DNA from: a virus
Strand: one strand, 5' to 3'
Virus genome (UHGV): UHGV-0192467
Length of the DNA: 42,538 nt
The notes beneath the pieces were generated by a model. That model had not been told where the DNA came from, searched no databases, and saw nothing but the letters and a program-made list of their open reading frames with translations. The position numbers were made by a program, and so were the translations under genes. This document shows positions 35,301 through 42,538 of this stretch, one piece after another (position 1 is the first letter of the stretch; the number at the start of each line of letters is the position of its first letter).

Positions 35301-37243
35301 CGGAGCTGAAGATCGAGCCGGACGCGATTGTATCCACCGTCACCAGCTCGGCGAGCTATAAGACGCTGAGCAGCAAGGCCGACGACAACGCGACTGATAT
35401 CACGGGACTGAAGACCCGTATGACTACGGCGGAATCGAAGATCGACCAGAAGGCCGACAGCATTACGCTGAGCGTGCTGGAGACGAAGGTTGACGGCATC
35501 TCTGTGGGCGGTAGGAATCTGCTGCGGAACACGAATCAGGGAACGGTCAACTGGGACTGGTCTATGCAGACAGGCGGGAAAACCATCGAAGAGTATCTGG
35601 ATGGCGGTGTTCGGGCAGTCAAGATGACCCGAGATGCGGTGGAACAGACAGGCTGGAGCATTATAAGCTACGCGGTCAGCGAAGACGCATACGCCCATCT
35701 GGAGCCGAACACGGAGTACACGCTGAGCTTCGATTACAAGCCGTCGGTCGCGACGGCAAACGGAGTTATGTTTTCCATCCGAAGAGACGACGGCTCGAAC
35801 GCTGCAACGAATGAAGGCGGCTACTGGAAAGAGATTCCGGCAAATGAATGGACGCATGTCTCGGGTACATTCACGACGGTTGAAAACATTCCGGATTTCT
35901 TGCTTTACTCCACCGAAATCTTTATTGTGGGACTACCGGCGACAGTCAACTCCGTTCACATCTTCAAAAACCTGAAGCTGGAAAAGGGCAACAAGTCCAC
36001 GGACTGGTCACCTGCGCCGGAAGACCCGGCGGGCAGTCTGAGCGTGAACAGCGACTACAGCAAGGTGGACATCAACACCGAACGAGTGAGGATTGTCTCG
36101 AAGCGCATGGAGGTGGCCGTGCCGTCGGAGGACGGCGAGGACGATGTGCTGCGCGTGGACGCGGACGGCGTGCATGCAGAGGTGGTCGAGGCGGATCGGA
36201 TTGTGTCGGACTCTGTGGTGCATACTCATGGCGCGGCGAGCTATACTCCGGCGAATGCTGGCGAACTGGCGGCGATTCTGGAGGAGCTGAGTGGGAAGAC
36301 GCTCACCGGAGCAGTTGTGATTAACTGCGCAAATGTCACCGGCGGAACCGTTGCATTGAGCGGTATTCAGGCGGCAGGCGGACGACTCGAAATTGATAAT
36401 GGAACCTTCGGCGAAGTTACGATTACTGACTGTCAGGCATCCGTGTATTTTTACGGGAGTATAGTGGAGAACGCAAACCTATGTATCGGGATTTACAGAT
36501 CGCAATACGTCCACTTAGATGCGGTAAAAATAAGCGGAGACCTTGGGTTACAATTGGGCTACGAAAGTAATAGCGGTGGAGTATTGGGCGGAAATGTGAT
36601 TATGATTTCGTGCACAGGAAACTGCTATTCACTGGCGCGATTGGGGTATTGTTCAGTCTTGCGAATGATTGGCAGTTCGAAGCCGAGCGGGATTATCCAG
36701 TGCGCGGCGGGTAGCGAGGTCTACAACGCCACGCCCGATCCGACGTTCACCGCCGCCAGCTCGCCGAGCATTCCCACGACCCAGACGGTTATGGTGAGTC
36801 TGTCTCCCACAAGCACATCCACCAGCGGGTACGGCAGCAAGCTCTATCAGGGCCGCTATAGCAGCTCTCAGTCGTTGCGTAAGGGAGTGATGCTGTTTAG
36901 TCTGCCCAGTGATCTGACCAGCGCGGACAAGATCGACTCTGCGACGCTGACGATCAAGCGCATCGGCGGCGTGGGTCAGGGCGGCGGTGTGAGCGTGCAT
37001 TTGCGGTGCTACGATGTGCCGGGCACACTCTATGCCAGCAAGACGGCGTATGAAAACCAGACGGTGAGCATCGACGTGACCTCGGCGGTCAAGGCCATGA
37101 AGACCCATGGATATGGCGGGCTGATGCTCTACAATCCCGACACGACGACCGCGGGCAGCAAGTCTTACACGGCGAGCTATTCGCGGTTCGCGGGCAAGGG
37201 CGAATCGGGCGCGCCGGTGCTGAAGATCAGCTACAGGAAGTGA
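32369..37243 (+). CDS. Tal-like tail spike / host-recognition protein
   Basis: MITIYD start with ATGA overlap; N-terminal phage tail domain with an SH3-like insert; A/I repeats; two GGRNLL...DWSPAPED modules. Confidence 0.85.
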   Translation: MITIYDSRETDFSTLGLCVLQPTECTIEGEENGMMELSMTHPMDKDGRWLNLAEYNIIRAPAPVRETPLIRVLDNPGASGKTATRTICKVKTYTGKRLRLRAKPSTSAKVLGYYAPGTEVVRLSVSGDWAQVVIVKGGASGWMSNERLQVVRTETENVSGSGTENVSKCIEPRQTREQLFRICEVETDDEAGLVYVTAKHIFYDLAYNTVKGDYSPDGAAVGEVCAQLLARALDPHDFTVYCNAEGTVTGDYGRKGIASCLLESEVGVADQTGAKIVLDNYDVFILKDETRDNGVEIRHAKNMTGATLKKNVESTITRIVPVGKDKNGDPLPLPNGEYVETPRAASIPVIHSKEIEYDVSVGKNEGEYKDNAAAYAKLRELATADFADNALDAVTVGLDVDFVILENRHSESYAAYAALQTIHMGDTVRVVSSRSGIDAKLRMTGFTYDAMYPNGGRYKKVRLGQLTDLKTQVYGFDIARGTTPGNKILPNSLDGQAALKNATIGYAKIAQAAIEQLAADSIVAIRADIHEIVAGSVTTDQLYADLARLAVAQITTANIKEANIDWAQIAELTAQIANISKAQITTANINAANINWAQITSLSAAIADIATAKIGEAEIKSAQITDLEAEVARIAAAKIAVADIDWAHIKDLVAGTAIFTAGVGDKLHIARLAVTEANMVSLSVGELLVKGQDGSFYSVSVDANGNIVTEKKQVVNSDVKDLSINAGEKIIEGTVTAACLNANDIFANNATIKQLIAANIDVDTLFAREATINSINAMDIRGNKYLQLYVTDKVDGIAVGGRNLLRNTNQGTVNWDWSMQTGGKTIEEYLDGGVRAVKMTRDATPHAGWSVISYAIGKDAYALLEPDAEYIVSMDYKSTVAAPNGISVNICTGEATDHAIQTATYDQAIPADEWTHIAVPIKTKSALPAFNYQLVYLTGFSSAVNSVHIFKNLKLEKGNKATDWSPAPEDIEERMSAAELKIEPDAIVSTVTSSASYKTLSSKADDNATDITGLKTRMTTAESKIDQKADSITLSVLETKVDGISVGGRNLLRNTNQGTVNWDWSMQTGGKTIEEYLDGGVRAVKMTRDAVEQTGWSIISYAVSEDAYAHLEPNTEYTLSFDYKPSVATANGVMFSIRRDDGSNAATNEGGYWKEIPANEWTHVSGTFTTVENIPDFLLYSTEIFIVGLPATVNSVHIFKNLKLEKGNKSTDWSPAPEDPAGSLSVNSDYSKVDINTERVRIVSKRMEVAVPSEDGEDDVLRVDADGVHAEVVEADRIVSDSVVHTHGAASYTPANAGELAAILEELSGKTLTGAVVINCANVTGGTVALSGIQAAGGRLEIDNGTFGEVTITDCQASVYFYGSIVENANLCIGIYRSQYVHLDAVKISGDLGLQLGYESNSGGVLGGNVIMISCTGNCYSLARLGYCSVLRMIGSSKPSGIIQCAAGSEVYNATPDPTFTAASSPSIPTTQTVMVSLSPTSTSTSGYGSKLYQGRYSSSQSLRKGVMLFSLPSDLTSADKIDSATLTIKRIGGVGQGGGVSVHLRCYDVPGTLYASKTAYENQTVSIDVTSAVKAMKTHGYGGLMLYNPDTTTAGSKSYTASYSRFAGKGESGAPVLKISYRK
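34745..36025 (+). repeat. two ~535-bp direct-repeat modules within the tail gene
   Basis: 34745-35277 and 35486-36025 have near-identical 5' and 3' ends and diverged middles. Confidence 0.85.
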
Positions 37244-37257
37244 GGAGGCAATAAGCG

Positions 37258-38256
37258 GTGAAATATGATGTGACCAAGGGCGGATACATACTGCTCGGCA
37301 GATGTGGCGAGAATCTCGCGCGGACTGTCGAAATTGATGTATCCGAATACCTCAAGGAGTTTCCCGGTGCGGTGGTGACGCTGCTGCACCGGCGGCATGG
37401 CGAGAGCGGCATATATCCTGTGGCGGCGGAGCTGCGGGACGGATGTCTCGTCTGGCAGCCCACCAGAGCGGACACGACCATTGCTGGGAGCGGCGAAGCG
37501 GAAGTGCGCGTGACAGTGGACGGTGTGCTGGCCAAGTCCAAGATCCTCTCCACAATGGTGGACAAGAGCCTGACGGGGCAGGAGACGGACGCGCCGGAGC
37601 CGGGCATGGACTGGGTGGACAAGATTACCACCGCCATCGGCAGCGTTCAGAATATGAAGGCTGAGGCCGAGAGCGTGGCCTACGGAGAGCCTGCCACGGC
37701 GGAATACGACGGCAAGACGGGGACGATGCACTTTGGTATCCCCGAAGGCAGGCCGGGCAGGGACGGTACGGATGGTAAGGACGGAGCACCCGGTGCTAAA
37801 GGCGATCCCGGTGAACAAGGCCCGAAGGGCGAGCCGGGCAGCGACGCGTCTGTGACCGCTGAGAACATCCAATCTGCGCTGGGGTATGCACCGGTTAAAG
37901 ACGTGCAGGTGGCTGGGACGAGTGTGCTGGCTGACGGTGTGGCGAATGTGCCAGTAGCGCAGACGTGGGTAACCGGAGCAAAACATCCGGGCGTATCTGC
38001 GCCATCCATCTCGCATGGATTGTATATTAGTGATAACCTTATCAAAATCTATCCGGCAGAATCAGATAACATTGAAAGACGTGTGTTGGACAGACCTATC
38101 ACGCCAACGAATTTGGACAAAGCCGTCAAAGCCGCCATGTGCGACGGAAAGGGCGCGGCGTGGACGGATGCTGAACGGCTTGCGGCGCTCCTGCGGCTTG
38201 GGTGCACTGTGGGCGATGACGGCATTGTGCGCTGGACTGCGCAGGCGGGAGGCTGA
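37258..38256 (+). CDS. BppU-like baseplate/fibre protein with collagen repeats
   Basis: LGRCGENLAR..., Gly-X-Y run GRPGRDGTDGKDGAPGAKGDPGEQGPKGEPG. Confidence 0.75.
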   Translation: MKYDVTKGGYILLGRCGENLARTVEIDVSEYLKEFPGAVVTLLHRRHGESGIYPVAAELRDGCLVWQPTRADTTIAGSGEAEVRVTVDGVLAKSKILSTMVDKSLTGQETDAPEPGMDWVDKITTAIGSVQNMKAEAESVAYGEPATAEYDGKTGTMHFGIPEGRPGRDGTDGKDGAPGAKGDPGEQGPKGEPGSDASVTAENIQSALGYAPVKDVQVAGTSVLADGVANVPVAQTWVTGAKHPGVSAPSISHGLYISDNLIKIYPAESDNIERRVLDRPITPTNLDKAVKAAMCDGKGAAWTDAERLAALLRLGCTVGDDGIVRWTAQAGG

Positions 38257-38258
38257 TT

Positions 38259-38513
38259 ATGAGATACGTTTACGCGGCAAAGCCTGAGTATAATCCTACA
38301 ACGCACAATCTGTATGAAACCTATCAGTTGGAGGATGACGTGTTTCACGTTAATTACGAGATCCAGCCAAAGCCAGATGAGGACGGGTACACACCGACCC
38401 CTGATGAGCAACCGCAGGGAGCACCGACGTTACGAGAGCGCCTCGATGTGCTGGAGGGCACGACAGATGATATTATCCTGATGATGGCAGACCTGATTGG
38501 AGGAGGTGAATAA
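38259..38513 (+). CDS. hypothetical tail-associated protein
   Basis: GGAGG RBS; PTLRERLDVLE. Confidence 0.7.
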   Translation: MRYVYAAKPEYNPTTHNLYETYQLEDDVFHVNYEIQPKPDEDGYTPTPDEQPQGAPTLRERLDVLEGTTDDIILMMADLIGGGE

Positions 38514-38514
38514 C

Positions 38515-38670
38515 ATGAAGACTTTGAACAATCTGAAACTGCGGATCATGGTGCGGGCGTTCCGCATCCGCATCGGCAACGGCGAATCTTTTGAGGACAT
38601 CGCGGCGGACTACCCCGCTCTGACCACGGACGACCTTGAGGCCATCCGCACCGCACTGGGGGTGGATTAA
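38515..38670 (+). CDS. 51-aa hypothetical protein
   Basis: GGAGGTG RBS; MKTLNNLKLRIMVRAFRIR; translated by hand. Confidence 0.65.
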   Translation: MKTLNNLKLRIMVRAFRIRIGNGESFEDIAADYPALTTDDLEAIRTALGVD

Positions 38671-38981
38671 TGGCGAACTGGAATACGGGACACAACCATT
38701 TCCCGGCGGACGTGGGGGTGCAGTGCGGACGAGTTGCATCCGTTACAGTATCGCATGGCGGATATGAGGACGTAAGCGTTACGTTTCCCGAGGCGTTTTA
38801 CGCTGCGCCCATCGTGGTAGTCGGATTTGAGACGGAATCGACCGCGGGATCGTTTGGTAAATGCTCAGTGGCAGTTATGGGCACGGTGACGACGACTGGC
38901 TTTACAGCGCGCATTTTTAATGGCGATTCGACAAATCGAGCGCCGCGGGTGAGCTGGATTGCGGTGGGAACACCGAAATGA
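38670..38981 (+). CDS. gp53-like / H-type-lectin-like fibre-tip protein
   Basis: QCG...VTFPEAFYAAP...TTTGF...SWIAVG. Confidence 0.65.
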   Translation: MANWNTGHNHFPADVGVQCGRVASVTVSHGGYEDVSVTFPEAFYAAPIVVVGFETESTAGSFGKCSVAVMGTVTTTGFTARIFNGDSTNRAPRVSWIAVGTPK

Positions 38982-38998
38982 GAAAGGATGGATGAAAC

Positions 38999-39991
38999 AT
39001 GACGACGGTACGGGTAGGATCGGCGAGAATCGACGAGAGGGGCAAGGCCTACGGAGGCAAGGCGGGCGACCAGACCGGGCGCGAGCTGAGCACGCAGAAG
39101 TGGTATCTGCACAAGAAGGGCTGGCGGGTGTTCCGCGCCAAGGATCGCGCGGCGGCGCTGAAGATCGCCGCGGACATGGAGGCGGCGTGCAAAAACAGCC
39201 ACATCGGCTACGACCAGTGGCAGCGCAACACGCTGTACAAGGCAGCCGAGCCGCTGGGCTTTGACTGCGCCAAGGTTAAGACCGACTGCGAGACGGACTG
39301 CTCGGCGCTGGTGCGGGTGTGCTGCGCCTACGCGGGCATCATGGGCCTGCCGAGCGATTTCCGAACGGGGAACATGCCCGCGAATCTGCTGAAAACCGGT
39401 GCATTTGTGGAGCTGAAGGGCGCGAAGTACACCGACCAGAGCGCGTATCTGGGCAAGGGCGACATCCTCGTGACCAAGACCAACGGCCACACGGTGGTGG
39501 TGCTGGACGACGGCGCGAAGTACGAGGGGACTGTCGAGGCCAGGGAGTACGCGCTGGGCGAGCGGCTGCTGAAGCACGGCGCGGAGGGCGCGGATGTGAA
39601 GCAACTCCAGCAGTACCTCATCCAGCTGGGCTACGATCTGGGCAAGTGGGGCGCGGACGGCGAGTTCGGCGACGCCACGGAGTTTGCGGTGAGGGCGTTT
39701 CAGGGCGATCACAAGCTCGGCATGGACAGCCAGTACGGTCCCAAGAGCCATGCGGCCATGCTGGAGGCGCTGGAAGCGGACGAGCCGGAGGCGGAGCATC
39801 GCTATGTGGCCATCGAGGGCGGCAATTGCTACGTGCGCACCGCGCCCAACACCGACGGCAAAATCCTCGGCGTTGCCCATCGGGGCGACGTGCTCCCCTA
39901 CGGCGGCGAGAAGGCCGACAACGGATGGCTGCTGGTGACCTATGAAAATCAAAACGGATGGGTGTCCGGCAAATACGGGAAGCTGAAATAA
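38999..39991 (+). CDS. endolysin (NlpC/CHAP-like Cys-His domain, PG-binding domain, SH3b)
   Basis: IGYDQ..R, DCSALV, GHTVVV; LKHGAEGADVKQLQ...ADGEFG; YVRTAP...GWVSGKY. Confidence 0.9.
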   Translation: MTTVRVGSARIDERGKAYGGKAGDQTGRELSTQKWYLHKKGWRVFRAKDRAAALKIAADMEAACKNSHIGYDQWQRNTLYKAAEPLGFDCAKVKTDCETDCSALVRVCCAYAGIMGLPSDFRTGNMPANLLKTGAFVELKGAKYTDQSAYLGKGDILVTKTNGHTVVVLDDGAKYEGTVEAREYALGERLLKHGAEGADVKQLQQYLIQLGYDLGKWGADGEFGDATEFAVRAFQGDHKLGMDSQYGPKSHAAMLEALEADEPEAEHRYVAIEGGNCYVRTAPNTDGKILGVAHRGDVLPYGGEKADNGWLLVTYENQNGWVSGKYGKLK

Positions 39992-40014
39992 CACAAGATC
40001 GGAGGGCAAAGCCC

Positions 40015-40362
40015 ATGAACGACGAAAACCACCTCCACGAGATCGGCGAGGAGCTTGCGGCGCTGAAGGCCAGCAACGAGTCCGATCATAAGAGCTACCA
40101 GCGCCGCCTCAATGCGCTGGAGGACGCGCAGCACCAGCAGACGCGGATGCTGCTGGACATCCAAAACATATCCAATGCCCAGCAAAATATCCTGTCTACG
40201 ATTAACCGCATCGACGGCAAGGTTGACAAGCTGGGCAAGCGCATCGACGTAATCGAGCGAGAACCGGGCGACAAGTGGAAAAAGCTTGCCTTTGAGATCG
40301 TCAAATACGTCGTGCTGGCCGCCGTCGGCGTGGCAGTGGGCTACATCATTAAAGGGGTATAA
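40015..40362 (+). CDS. XhlA-like coiled-coil/TM lysis accessory protein
   Basis: coiled coil plus C-terminal TM; between endolysin and holin. Confidence 0.65.
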   Translation: MNDENHLHEIGEELAALKASNESDHKSYQRRLNALEDAQHQQTRMLLDIQNISNAQQNILSTINRIDGKVDKLGKRIDVIEREPGDKWKKLAFEIVKYVVLAAVGVAVGYIIKGV

Positions 40363-40380
40363 CGAGAAAGGAGAAAAACC

Positions 40381-40740
40381 ATGAACATCAATCTGACCCC
40401 CATCATCCAGGCGATCATCGCGCTGCTGGCGGCGCTGATCACCTACAAGCTGATCCCGTGGATCAAGGCGCGAACGACCAACGAGCAGCAGGCGTTGCTC
40501 AAAGCGACCATCAAGACGATGGTCTTTGCCGCCGAACAGCTCTACGGAGCCAAAAACGGCGCCGAGAAGCTGGACTGGGTAATCTACCAGCTCAGTCAGC
40601 GCGGCTACAGAGTGGACCGAAGCGAAATTGAGGCAATTATTAAAGAAAACGTGGATGCCCTGCACACTTACTCCCCCAGCAAAACGAAGGCACGGGAGGA
40701 GGAAACCGAAGCCGAGAACGAAAAACCTCCCGAGGAATAA
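40381..40740 (+). CDS. holin (LL-H-like)
   Basis: N-terminal TM; LIPWIK...AAEQLYG..NGAEKL. Confidence 0.8.
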   Translation: MNINLTPIIQAIIALLAALITYKLIPWIKARTTNEQQALLKATIKTMVFAAEQLYGAKNGAEKLDWVIYQLSQRGYRVDRSEIEAIIKENVDALHTYSPSKTKAREEETEAENEKPPEE

Positions 40741-40758
40741 CCCCGGGAGGCCGCGCAT

Positions 40759-41007
40759 ATGATGAAATACGACGAGTACCCGCAGTTTGACGGCGTGACC
40801 TCGTCGGTGATGTCGCGCCTCATCATCGAGGCGCGGCTCGCGCCGTCAGATGTGCATATCGCCGCCTCTCGCCTCGTCTGGGGCATGGACTATGCGGACA
40901 TCGCCGCGGCGGTGGGCATGGACAGGAGCGCCGTTTCCAAGCGCCTGCGCGGGCAGATCGTCCCGCGCATCGAGCTGGTGATGCAGGCGGTGGATAAATG
41001 TATGTAG
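40759..41007 (+). CDS. small HTH regulator (sigma region-4-like)
   Basis: GMDYADIAAAVGMDRSAVSKRL. Confidence 0.75.
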   Translation: MMKYDEYPQFDGVTSSVMSRLIIEARLAPSDVHIAASRLVWGMDYADIAAAVGMDRSAVSKRLRGQIVPRIELVMQAVDKCM

Positions 41008-41013
41008 GCTTTC

Positions 41014-41049
41014 AGGCCGGTGGAGCAATCCGCCGGCCTTTTTTCTTTT
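41014..41049 (+). terminator. intrinsic terminator
   Basis: AGGCCGGTGGA/TCCGCCGGCCT stem followed by a T run. Confidence 0.8.
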
Positions 41050-41091
41050 GGCTTTTTTGCAAAAAAAGTTTGGGAAATCCTCTAAAAAGGC

Positions 41092-41120
41092 TTGACTAAT
41101 TACCAATATTGGTATATAAT
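41092..41120 (+). promoter_or_regulatory. sigma-A promoter with palindromic operator
   Basis: TTGACT, 17 bp, TATAAT; perfect palindrome TACCAATATTGGTA (41101-41114) in the spacer. Confidence 0.85.
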
Positions 41121-41186
41121 ATAGTCACAAGGTTGAGAGAGACAAGACCGACCGGCTGCAGAGCCGCAGAAAGTGGAGGAAATACA

Positions 41187-41708
41187 ATGGCAATGGCAAA
41201 TGTGAAGCTCATCTGCAAGGCGTGCGGGAACGAATTTACGTGGTCGAAGAAATGCTACAGCCGCCGGGACGCTGACAGCAGCGAGGCTTGGGCGCGCGAT
41301 AACATCACCCTTTGCCCCGAGTGCACCGCGAAGGCCCGCCGCGAAGCGGAAGCCGCCAAGCAGGCCGAGGCCGTCAAGGGCCTGTCCGTGGAACTGCCCG
41401 AGAACCTCACCGGCAGCGAGAAGCAGATCGCCTGGGCGAAGGACATCCGCGCCAAGTACGCGCTGATGATCCAGCGCGAATACGTCAACGAGGCCGATGA
41501 CGACCTCCGCGTCTACTACGTCAAGGTGCTCGATGTGATGATCGCTGAAAACACCAGCGCCAAGTGGTGGATCGACCACCGCGACGAGCTGAAGGACATC
41601 ACCTCCGGCGGTCAGATGTATGCCGACCGCATGCAGGCGTGGATGGATGAGTATAAGGTCAGCGATCCCGATGGCTACGCCAAGATGATGGAGATCGCCA
41701 ACAGCTAA
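41187..41708 (+). CDS. hypothetical protein with Zn-binding motifs
   Basis: GGAGG RBS; CKAC...CPEC; LTGSEKQIAWA..IR; SAKWWID. Confidence 0.8.
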   Translation: MAMANVKLICKACGNEFTWSKKCYSRRDADSSEAWARDNITLCPECTAKARREAEAAKQAEAVKGLSVELPENLTGSEKQIAWAKDIRAKYALMIQREYVNEADDDLRVYYVKVLDVMIAENTSAKWWIDHRDELKDITSGGQMYADRMQAWMDEYKVSDPDGYAKMMEIANS

Positions 41709-41768
41709 GACAACCAAGCCCTCCCGGCCGGGCAAAAGACCGGGAGAAGAAAGAAAAAGGAGCAGATC

Positions 41769-41984
41769 ATGAAGATCACATACACGTCCAAGTACGGCAA
41801 GATCATCAAGAAATGCCCGGGGATCACCGAGTATTGGTACAAGGGTGAGATCGTTGCTAGAGGCAGCTCGATTTGCGTAGACTGCAATCCGGGAAATAAG
41901 CCGACGAAGGAAGATTGGGCATTTTGCGTATCGTTGCGCAAGTCCGCCGACGGCAAGGAGGAGCAGAAAAGAGATGCGCACTGA
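41769..41984 (+). CDS. small hypothetical protein
   Basis: AAGGAG RBS; 71 aa. Confidence 0.65.
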   Translation: MKITYTSKYGKIIKKCPGITEYWYKGEIVARGSSICVDCNPGNKPTKEDWAFCVSLRKSADGKEEQKRDAH

Positions 41985-42198
41985 CCCAAGACCTAACAGC
42001 AACACGGGCAGCAGCCCCATCGCCCAGCGCCGAATCGCACTGGGAATGACGCAAAAGCAACTTGCCGAGGCCGTAGGATGCTCCCCAAAGGACATATGCC
42101 GATGGGAGCTTGGCAAGTGCGAACCGCGCATCAACTCCCTGCTCAGACTGGCCGAGGCGCTGAATTGCACTGTGGACGAACTGCTTAAGGACTTATAA
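41974..42198 (+). CDS. XRE-family HTH protein
   Basis: GMTQKQLAEAVGCSPKDICRWELG..EP. Confidence 0.88.
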   Translation: MRTDPRPNSNTGSSPIAQRRIALGMTQKQLAEAVGCSPKDICRWELGKCEPRINSLLRLAEALNCTVDELLKDL

Positions 42199-42200
42199 AA

Positions 42201-42237
42201 CAAAAAGGCCGTCGAGATAAACTCGGCGGTCTTTTTG
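42201..42237. terminator. bidirectional terminator
   Basis: CAAAAAGGCCGTCGAG / CTCGGCGGTCTTTTTG. Confidence 0.8.
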
Positions 42238-42325
42238 TCATCGGTAGGTTCATCCCCAGCTGCCCAGCATCAGGGCAGTTTCGCTCGGTGCTCCGAGCCT
42301 GACAGCCGCCATATCTGACGACACC
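42201..42325 (-). ncRNA. candidate structured small RNA
   Basis: leftward TTGACA (42357-42352), 17 bp, TGnTAATAT (-10 at 42334-42329); three hairpins, then the terminator. Confidence 0.45.
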
Positions 42326-42538
42326 TATATATTAACACAACATCAACGCCTTGTCAATACTATGACGGGCGTTATTTTCATTTTTGGCCGGATTTTCTGT
42401 AAGTATACTTCAAATTTCACTCTTTTTTTGATACGTCTTACGTTTTTTCTTGTGTTGTATCTTCAATTTCTTCACTTTTTTTGATTTTTCCCGCCGAACT
42501 CGCATAATTTCCCGCGCCTTTCTGCTGTCTGTGCGAAA

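Noticed and set aside
34745..36025. DGR template/variable repeat pair
   Set aside because: No reverse transcriptase in the window; both copies are in frame in one gene; differences are not adenine-specific.
42240..42325. tRNA
   Set aside because: No T-loop GTTC, D-loop or acceptor stem; kept only as a generic sRNA candidate.

Overview
Apparently complete ~42.5 kb temperate siphovirus genome from a GC-rich Firmicutes (Clostridia-like) host. It appears to be the circular, excised form, because an intact attP-like inverted repeat lies at 2289-2336 and the two ends read as contiguous. Gene order: a five-gene cassette of unknown function (28-2281); attP and a large serine integrase; a lysogeny switch with back-to-back consensus promoters; early and DNA-metabolism genes (DUF1064-like nuclease, C5 methyltransferase with a nested alternative-frame ORF, PAPS-reductase-like protein, SSB, HUH-type Rep-like protein, ArpU/RinA-like activator); packaging, head and tail genes; lysis; and an anti-defence-like operon with a possible small RNA. 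The most notable feature is 9195-10028. There, a 222-nt non-coding array of 43 NNNNG pentamers, punctuated into units of about 36 nt, sits directly upstream of a stand-alone Cas7/RAMP-like gene, with no other cas genes or CRISPR array. This is a candidate minimal RNA-guided system. All protein assignments come from motif recognition and synteny; no database search was run.
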